Below are positions 54,956 through 61,258 of a DNA stretch of 61,258 nt, one piece after another. A model generated the notes under the pieces. That model was not told the origin of the DNA. It searched no databases and saw only the letters and a program-made list of their open reading frames with translations. This DNA comes from a virus (Duplodnaviria; Caudoviricetes): IMG/VR virus record IMGVR_UViG_3300035204_001041, positions 1 to 61,258 of that record. One strand, written 5' to 3'. How positions within the stretch are numbered: position 1 is the stretch's first letter; each line of letters opens with the position of its first letter. The position numbers were made by a program, and so were the translations under genes.

Positions 54956-55501
54956 TCAGGTTTCTCTATTGAAGAATACAAGCTGCTGGGTTTCAGCCAA
55001 AGCGCCGCCTGCCCAATCTGTGGTGCTACGCAGACAGTAAAACGAGTACTCAAAGGAGTGCTCATCTTGCCCAAACGTAGGCGAGACTCCAGAATCACTG
55101 GCAATCTTCCATGCATAAACATTCATGGTGTTTCCAGTCACAGCCATGTAATGGCGAATGTGACAAGCAAGCTCTTCAACCAGGGGATCACCGCCCCACT
55201 TCAAAGCAGTACCGGCAGTGTTGGTTGCGCCAGCGCCAAGAGCGCGGCTCATGTTGTGGAAATCCCACTCAATGCTGGTGAACTTAACCATCACCGATTG
55301 GGCTTGTGTGAATGTGTAGACATTGAGGCGCGGATTGCCTTGGCTAATAGCCCGCTTCTCAGAAGTCATTTCAATAGAAACACCGTCTTCACTGATCGCT
55401 CCAACATCAGTGCTAGGTGTTGTACCAGCAGGCCCCAAAAAGAGCACAGCGGGGCCGAACGAAATATCGTTCGTGGTAATAGTAGGTACATTATATGGCA
55501 T
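54956..55501 (-). CDS. Major tail tube protein
   Basis: 181 aa; ISFGPAVLFLG...DVGAISEDGV pattern; position before chaperone and tape measure. Confidence 0.8.
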   Translation of the reverse strand: MPYNVPTITTNDISFGPAVLFLGPAGTTPSTDVGAISEDGVSIEMTSEKRAISQGNPRLNVYTFTQAQSVMVKFTSIEWDFHNMSRALGAGATNTAGTALKWGGDPLVEELACHIRHYMAVTGNTMNVYAWKIASDSGVSPTFGQDEHSFEYSFYCLRSTTDWAGGALAETQQLVFFNRET

Positions 55502-55602
55502 CGGATCGCCTCTCCGTTAGGGTTCAATAATTTGTGCAGCGCCTAATAGGCGTCCAATGCTCTCGTAAGGAATACCACGTCCGTGGTTTATAGTCTACCC
55601 TA

Positions 55603-55962
55603 CTATTTTCTTCTTGAGTCTTCCAACGTGTTTTGCTCCCCACAACGCCTGCACGGCACCATAATGGTTCCACCAACCCCAGGAATGACGTAGGCAACAA
55701 AGTCCTTATAGCGGACCCTAAGTTCTTCTTTTTCTTTGTTGTAGATACCAAGACGAGCGCCACAGTTTTGGCATGCCCACACTTCATCACGCATCGGCTG
55801 CTTGCTGTCTGTTTCCTCGGCTTTGTGTTCATTTGCCTGGGCATTATTAACAATGACAAGGGCTTGAACGTGTTGGAGTTGGGCATCCATCTCGTGAATG
55901 ACCATTTCTATTCTTTCAAGGCGCTCATCGGTTGAATGAGGTTTCTGTCGATTAGCTTGCAT
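55603..55962 (-). CDS. Coiled coil + Com-like Zn-ribbon protein
   Basis: CQNCGARL...VPCRRCGEQN. Confidence 0.65.
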   Translation of the reverse strand: MQANRQKPHSTDERLERIEMVIHEMDAQLQHVQALVIVNNAQANEHKAEETDSKQPMRDEVWACQNCGARLGIYNKEKEELRVRYKDFVAYVIPGVGGTIMVPCRRCGEQNTLEDSRRK

Positions 55963-56146
55963 TAGTTACCTTCAGTTTGATTTTGAAGCCGCACTTACAA
56001 GCCTCTCTTCGCACGTTCCCTACCGGGCCTGTGGTAAGCGATTCACCTGGCTTCAGCCTAAAAATCTCGGACCCGCAATCAGGGCACCGAATGATAGCAC
56101 CAGGGCCATCTGGAGCGTTAGCCGCTCTCCAACTTTGCGTTCTCAT
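55952..56146 (-). CDS. Small Zn-ribbon protein
   Basis: IRCPDCGSEIF...CKCG. Confidence 0.65.
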   Translation of the reverse strand: MRTQSWRAANAPDGPGAIIRCPDCGSEIFRLKPGESLTTGPVGNVRREACKCGFKIKLKVTNAS

Positions 56147-56574
56147 TATAGCTCCCTATGTGCCAAACGAACTGCGTATTCACCCTGAGCAAAATATGCA
56201 CGCACGCTTTCATTCCAGCCTTCTACTGGGCGAACTGTCTCTACAGAAAACCCAGCAACCGGAACACCATCTTTCCTTAATGTTGCATTCTGTAGGGCTT
56301 CAAAACAGGCCTGGTAAATCTCAAGACAGTTACCCGCGCTTTTTCTAGAGTAAGCGTACAAATCCATAGTCACAAGCTCGTACTCGCCATACGGGCCAAT
56401 GCGGCCAGAAACAAAGTCGATAATCACCATTGGGTAATCAACCGTCTTTGCGTCCGGCTCTTGGATATGGGCACCCCATACCCGGCTGCTGACAAGATCA
56501 GTGACAGTTGAAGAAGACAACAATGTTGCCCTCACCAATAGTTTACTGGATTCTAAGTTTACTAAGTGCGCCAT
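56146..56574 (-). CDS. Tail terminator / tail completion protein
   Basis: L....V..LV..RV...YP..I...DLYAYS pattern; follows the gp10-like gene. Confidence 0.7.
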   Translation of the reverse strand: MAHLVNLESSKLLVRATLLSSSTVTDLVSSRVWGAHIQEPDAKTVDYPMVIIDFVSGRIGPYGEYELVTMDLYAYSRKSAGNCLEIYQACFEALQNATLRKDGVPVAGFSVETVRPVEGWNESVRAYFAQGEYAVRLAHREL

Positions 56575-57062
56575 TATTTAACCGAATCTAAGACTTTGTT
56601 CATTATGGCGAATGACATATCATCAGCGCCTTTTTTGAAAGTCTCACCAAAGGTATTTCTGCCAAGCATTCTCTTGGTCCCTTTGAAAACATAGCGATTG
56701 TAAGGGGCAACTGAAGAGTCAGAATAGATACTAAGCGTTGGCCTATTTTGGCCCTTTATCTCCGCCTTAATACTCCTTGCGAGCTTTCCTTTATGTGAAT
56801 GGACTACCCAAGGCTCAGTTTGATGCACCCCAATGCTTCCATGGCGCCTAGCGTAAGGGTGCCCCAATTTAGCCAATGATTTCAATGTATGATCTCTTCT
56901 CAGCAAAGCGGGCATTAGGTGGTTTTTCAAATAAACTTCAGCACCAGCCGCAAGTGCATCCTTTGCCACTTGGCCTCGTACAGACTTTTCAACACGCTTC
57001 AACAGTCGCTTAGCAACATAAAAGTCATTTGCATCCAGTACAATTTGAACAGTAGCCGCCAT
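56574..57062 (-). CDS. HK97 gp10-like neck protein
   Basis: GKLARSI...APYNRYVFKGTKRM.GR motif. Confidence 0.75.
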   Translation of the reverse strand: MAATVQIVLDANDFYVAKRLLKRVEKSVRGQVAKDALAAGAEVYLKNHLMPALLRRDHTLKSLAKLGHPYARRHGSIGVHQTEPWVVHSHKGKLARSIKAEIKGQNRPTLSIYSDSSVAPYNRYVFKGTKRMLGRNTFGETFKKGADDMSFAIMNKVLDSVK

Positions 57063-57067
57063 ATGCT

Positions 57068-59989
57068 TTACAACTCAGGTGTGGTTTCTTCTACTGTACC
57101 ACCAAAGTCTTTCGGCATTGAAAGCTCGTTCTCATACTCAGAGAAATCTTGTGTAGATTCAAGAGCAGCCAAGAAGAGTGCTTGTAGCGCCTCAAAGTCA
57201 ACATCTGTTGGCTTAGGGTTGCCCTCAGCCGCATTTCCAGCCACCGGAAACGGCAAGGTGTATTGAGCCAAAGATGCAAGCTGCTCTTGCAACAGAGCTT
57301 TAAGTGGGTGTGCTGGTGAAAGCCTCTCTTCCGCGCCACTCAACAACGCAAGGCCCTGACGCAAATGCCAGTTAGCAAGCTCTCTAAACCCTAGGTAAGA
57401 GTCGCCAGCCACAACCACTGAGTTCTGGAAGCATTTGCCTGCTTCTTCAATCATCCCGTCGTTCATGTACTGCAAACCAAGCGAGCACCAACTACCAGTG
57501 TTCAGTGGATCATCTTCAATGGTGAGAGCTAACAGCCGGGTATAAAATTCAAGTTTCTCCTGCATTTTATCATCATCTAATCCAAGCCCAATATGATCGG
57601 TTTCAAACGGGGCAAAGCGCACTTGTGGGTGAAGCCCCATGCTGCGCACTTGGTTTAGCCCTTTCTCTACAGTCTCGTGTACACGGCCTGAGTATTTCAT
57701 CACCCCCCCACGATCCAAGAGGAACATTCTTAGGGTTTCGCTGTAGTTGAACGTCTTGTCTTTACGCCAGTTGCGGAACTTAAACATCCAACCCCAAGTG
57801 TTGGAGCATTCAGCCATCCTTCTGATGGAAAGAAGGTACAGGAACTCTTGGTTCCAATGCTCATCATCATCCATAGTAAGGAACCAACGGATCCTGGGGT
57901 CTTCTTTGGCCCTTAGTACATCAAGGGCTGCATTCCTCACTTCAGAAAGATCGTCATTGAAAGGCTTGTAAACCCATTCTGCCCCAAATGTCTCAGCAAC
58001 ATCTTTAAGGCTTTGCTGTGGCTCAGTACCTTCTGGGCCTGTCCACACAAGAACAATCTGATCGCACAGCCCGTAGACGTGATCTAAGAAACGGTAGAGG
58101 CCGCCAAGCTGGCTTTCCTTATGAATAAGCATTGAGAACGCAATGCCATTTCCTGGAACATACGGGCTTAGCTGCATGTTTTCTTCATTGACCAAATGGC
58201 TGTAACCGCCACCAGTGAGCAGCATATCTGGTGATGGATCAATGGTGGTGTAGAACTGGTGTTTGCGTACACGGTCTTGGTGCCTGATGTACCCAAAGTG
58301 CCTGAAGCGGATCCCTGCCACACGCCGAGAACGGGTAGTGACTTCCGGTGAGTTACCGCAATGAAGCCCAACGTCGTTCTCTTTATCAATGCGGCCACCT
58401 GTAATGCGTGCTTTAGCTTCAGGGTGTTTGTTGACCCTCCACAAGCGGCAACCATGCATTCCACTGGTATACCCACTAGTCCAAGGGGGGTCTACCCGGC
58501 AAACCCTGGGTGTATCCCAGTGGTTTAGCCAACCAAAATCCCAAGCATGAACATTGGGGTTGGGGTGGCAAATGAGGCGGCGGAAAAGTGCCCGATCTAC
58601 ACGGTCCTCAAGAAACTCGTCGTGATCAATAGAAAACACCCAATCAGCACCCATGTCTTCAGCCATTTCAATGCTCTTGTTGCGCTCGTCACGCTCATTG
58701 AAATCTCCATCCCATACATCAACAGTAATGGGCACGTCGTGCTCGCACTCCCTTACAGCATGAGCAAGGAACTCTTCCATTGCATTAGAGATGCTGCTTA
58801 GGTTGGACGCGTTTCCACAAGCGCGAATGAGCTTTTGTGAGATCGGGTTTAGGGCTTGCTGGTTGAAGTCGTATGCCCCTTTGATTTCCATTGGGTTGTT
58901 GGTAAGCAATACAGCGAAGCCGTCTACAACCTGTGCGTTTCTACGAACACAATCAAAGAACATAGCAAGATCATGCATAGTGCCGATTTTTACACGCATG
59001 CATGCAATGACTTTCTGATCATCATCATTCGCTGGTGCCCACTTCTTTGCGTACACAGAAGCGTTCATTAGGCCGCGATCCATTTCTGGAAAGTGTTTAT
59101 CTAGTGTTTGGTGGCCTTGGTGGTGGACATAACAATCCGATGCAATGCCAAGCTTCCACCCTTTTCTAACAGCCCGTGCAGCAATATCGTTGTCATCATA
59201 TCCGCCGATACCAAATGCGGGGTCGAGAAAAAAGGTTCCATCTTCCCCTGCTTCAATCAAATCCTGCAAGCATTCACGCTTGTAAGCAACACAGAATCCA
59301 GACAAGAAGTCAGAGTTGAGCACCCGGCCAGTTTTCCCAGCTTCCCATTCTGCTGAAAAGTCATCAAGAACCTTGTGGGATTTGTGCCCGTAAAACTCTT
59401 CTGCTTTCCCTTCAATGTTTCCGGTGGGGATAGATTGAGATCCAGCAACAAATGTTGAAAGAGGCCCAACTAAACCAAGGCGACCGTATGACTCAATTTC
59501 ATCACCCTCGCCGTAGTAATAGGACTCATCCATATCAACTTTGCTTTCAAAGAAAATACGATCAGTGTTTAGCGCAACACCAAACTTCTTGGCCCAGTTG
59601 TGGGTAACTACAACGTCGTCATTCATAATAATGACGTAGGGCGATAGGCTCTTAAGGCTGAATACACCTTCATTTACAGCGCCAACCCAACCTGCTGGTG
59701 CGCCCATGTCGATCCAGTTCAAATCAACAGACTGCTTAACAACCCCGTTTGATCCAAAACCGTTGTACTGTTCACACAAAGCCGCAACTTGGGCTTTAGA
59801 AGCGGAAGCTTCAGCTTTGCCTTCTTCAGTTGGGTTGCACACAACAGTAAGCTTAAATTTAGCTTTAGGTGTCATGCGCAAAATGCGTTCAACTGAAGCT
59901 GAAATAAGCTCCTGTGACCCCATTGTTGGGATGATCACATCAAAGTGATTTTGATCGTCATTAACGAATTGGCTGTCTTCTGTATCCAC
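57068..59989 (-). CDS. Multidomain glycosyltransferase (three GT2-like domains + TPR-like C-terminus)
   Basis: Domain 1 VIIPT/MNDDV/GGYDDND/VHH; domain 2 ERN/SIDHDE/HFGY; domain 3 EVRN/TMDDDE/GRVHE; TPR-like DPLNTGSWCSLG...EAGKCF. Confidence 0.88.
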   Translation of the reverse strand: MDTEDSQFVNDDQNHFDVIIPTMGSQELISASVERILRMTPKAKFKLTVVCNPTEEGKAEASASKAQVAALCEQYNGFGSNGVVKQSVDLNWIDMGAPAGWVGAVNEGVFSLKSLSPYVIIMNDDVVVTHNWAKKFGVALNTDRIFFESKVDMDESYYYGEGDEIESYGRLGLVGPLSTFVAGSQSIPTGNIEGKAEEFYGHKSHKVLDDFSAEWEAGKTGRVLNSDFLSGFCVAYKRECLQDLIEAGEDGTFFLDPAFGIGGYDDNDIAARAVRKGWKLGIASDCYVHHQGHQTLDKHFPEMDRGLMNASVYAKKWAPANDDDQKVIACMRVKIGTMHDLAMFFDCVRRNAQVVDGFAVLLTNNPMEIKGAYDFNQQALNPISQKLIRACGNASNLSSISNAMEEFLAHAVRECEHDVPITVDVWDGDFNERDERNKSIEMAEDMGADWVFSIDHDEFLEDRVDRALFRRLICHPNPNVHAWDFGWLNHWDTPRVCRVDPPWTSGYTSGMHGCRLWRVNKHPEAKARITGGRIDKENDVGLHCGNSPEVTTRSRRVAGIRFRHFGYIRHQDRVRKHQFYTTIDPSPDMLLTGGGYSHLVNEENMQLSPYVPGNGIAFSMLIHKESQLGGLYRFLDHVYGLCDQIVLVWTGPEGTEPQQSLKDVAETFGAEWVYKPFNDDLSEVRNAALDVLRAKEDPRIRWFLTMDDDEHWNQEFLYLLSIRRMAECSNTWGWMFKFRNWRKDKTFNYSETLRMFLLDRGGVMKYSGRVHETVEKGLNQVRSMGLHPQVRFAPFETDHIGLGLDDDKMQEKLEFYTRLLALTIEDDPLNTGSWCSLGLQYMNDGMIEEAGKCFQNSVVVAGDSYLGFRELANWHLRQGLALLSGAEERLSPAHPLKALLQEQLASLAQYTLPFPVAGNAAEGNPKPTDVDFEALQALFLAALESTQDFSEYENELSMPKDFGGTVEETTPEL

Positions 59990-60017
59990 ACTGACCTCCT
60001 GGGCTTTGGTGTGTTTA

Positions 60018-60650
60018 TCAGGTTGTGTATCGTGTTGCTCTTAGAAGGTAATGTTCCGTCCTCATGCCGTATCCGACACGAATGTCTCTTACTGCTCTAA
60101 CGAGCCATTGATCATTTGTCTGTATATCAGTAGCAATATCATCTACCTGCGGCGTCCAAACTTCTTCTTTATCTACACGCAAGTAAGCCCCATCCTGCTC
60201 GTTGGTTCCCATATTTAAAGCTGGGTAATTGGGCTGGCCTGAAAAGGTAAACCAAACAGGACGGTTAGAAGCAACTGCCGTACTAACGAGATTTGGGGTG
60301 CCGTCAGCGCTAACTGATTTGAGGGATACAGTGGCGACTGTAGTCTCATCGGCCAAACCTGTGGTGGTTAGGCTTGTAATAGTCGCAAACTTAGTGGTGG
60401 TAACTTGCACCCCGTTAGCCGTAAACGTGAGCGTTTCGCTCTTGGTAGCACCGCTTGTATTAGTCCCAGAGACTACTACAGTGCCACTGCCTGTGGTGCC
60501 CCCTGAAACCAGGACCTCTACATAGCTACCTCCGCTTGGAATGCTGTAGGTAACTGTCATGCTTGCTGCTGCTGTTGTAGCATTCATCAAGTACGCTGTA
60601 CGCCTGTAGAACGTAAACCACCGACTGCCTAAGCTTGATGCGATTGCCAT
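60018..60650 (-). CDS. Putative head-closure / head-tail joining protein with Thr-rich insertion
   Basis: Position in the neck gene order; C-terminal PQVDD...WLVRAV...EHYLL. Confidence 0.5.
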   Translation of the reverse strand: MAIASSLGSRWFTFYRRTAYLMNATTAAASMTVTYSIPSGGSYVEVLVSGGTTGSGTVVVSGTNTSGATKSETLTFTANGVQVTTTKFATITSLTTTGLADETTVATVSLKSVSADGTPNLVSTAVASNRPVWFTFSGQPNYPALNMGTNEQDGAYLRVDKEEVWTPQVDDIATDIQTNDQWLVRAVRDIRVGYGMRTEHYLLRATRYTT

Positions 60651-60652
60651 GA

Positions 60653-61258
60653 CTAACGCCCCCGGTGTCGGCTAAGGTTTACTGTTCGTGGATCTGTATT
60701 TTTCAATAACTCTGAATAACCAGTGTATTTAGGATGCCTCCACTTTTTACCACGATTCTGTTTTAGAATGAACATTGGGTGGTTTGAAATGTAATCAGAG
60801 TGGTATTGCAGTTCGTAGAAATCTACCGGCATGTTTGGCTTCTGGTGTTCCTCCCAGGCCCCGTGCTTCACTTCGTAGATGTTTCTTTGTTTCTCTTCGT
60901 AGCCCCAGCGTTTCACATAGCCCTTGCGTTCAGATGTTTCGTGGACCCACCAGTGGATGCGGTCCATGCTGGCTTCAACTTGCTCTTTTGGGCGATGAAT
61001 CCAAACTACAGCGCAATCAGTTTCTTCTGGTAGAAGATCAACTCGCCATGAGTTTGCAGGCAACTGCATTACAAACCTGTACTGCCCTTCCACAAGCCTG
61101 AGAACTTCGGGCCAGTGGTTCTTTACATCTGTTTCATCAACCCAAGTTACTCCAAGATCCTTGGCCAACATCTGTGAGCAGATCGTTGTACCTGAACGCT
61201 GGCAGCCTGTGATGATTACTTTGTTGTACTTAGAAAGCGTTTCAAGTACGTCTTCTCG
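60653..61258 (-). CDS. Sulfotransferase-family protein (5' end beyond window)
   Basis: Frame is open to the window edge and reads VIITGCQRSGTT (PAPS 5'-PSB-like); VVWIHRP...ASM (3'-PB-like); ELQY. Confidence 0.7.
   Translation of the reverse strand, partial: REDVLETLSKYNKVIITGCQRSGTTICSQMLAKDLGVTWVDETDVKNHWPEVLRLVEGQYRFVMQLPANSWRVDLLPEETDCAVVWIHRPKEQVEASMDRIHWWVHETSERKGYVKRWGYEEKQRNIYEVKHGAWEEHQKPNMPVDFYELQYHSDYISNHPMFILKQNRGKKWRHPKYTGYSELLKNTDPRTVNLSRHRGR

Larger units (their letters stand above)
1..61258 (-). mobile_element. Partial genome of a tailed dsDNA bacteriophage (siphovirus-like)
   Basis: Tape measure, tail tube, tail chaperone frameshift, lysis cassette, primase-helicase and Sak4/SSB/nuclease module; dense co-oriented small ORFs; no host housekeeping genes. 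Confidence 0.96.

Noticed and set aside
54887-55546. 219-aa plus-strand ORF (and similar ones such as 20717..21322, 12238..12855, 48884..49423)
   Set aside because: Antisense shadows of well-supported minus-strand genes, with no motifs.
1-61258. Stop-codon reassignment, tRNAs, introns/inteins, reverse transcriptase/DGR, integrase
   Set aside because: Long genes are intact in the standard code, and no cloverleaf, splicing, RT (YxDD) or recombinase motifs were recognised by eye; tRNAscan/Infernal would be needed to exclude RNAs formally.

Overview
A 61-kb segment of a long-tailed (siphovirus-like) dsDNA phage. Almost every gene is on the minus strand, so transcription runs right to left. From the right: (i) a head-tail/tail module (about 35-61 kb) with head-closure, HK97-gp10-like, tail terminator, tail tube, a tail-assembly chaperone with a -1 frameshift, a 1714-aa tape measure, large tail-tip/fibre proteins and a lysis cassette; a three-domain GT2+TPR glycosyltransferase and a sulfotransferase-like gene sit among the neck genes; (ii) a translationally coupled putative DNA hypermodification operon (27.7-33.3 kb): ParB, TET/JBP dioxygenase, ParB, radical SAM, TET-associated glycosyltransferase, radical SAM/SPASM, cupin, with no DNA methyltransferase visible; (iii) replication/recombination genes (17.4-27.7 kb): SF2 helicase, PD-(D/E)XK nuclease, Sak4-like ATPase, SSB-like protein, initiator-like protein, T7-gp4-like primase-helicase, and one plus-strand Zn-finger/AEP-like gene; (iv) a MoxR AAA+/VWA module, RmlC, sigma factor, HTH protein and RecU-like resolvase; (v) an early-type region of small unknown ORFs. 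Non-coding structure includes nine related promoters with a fixed-distance upstream element, three strand-polarised GGTCGC arrays, and a three-way-junction element complementary to the phage's own ribosome-binding sites. All protein assignments come from motif recognition by eye, with no database searches. No capsid, terminase, portal, DNA polymerase, integrase, tRNA or CRISPR array was seen.
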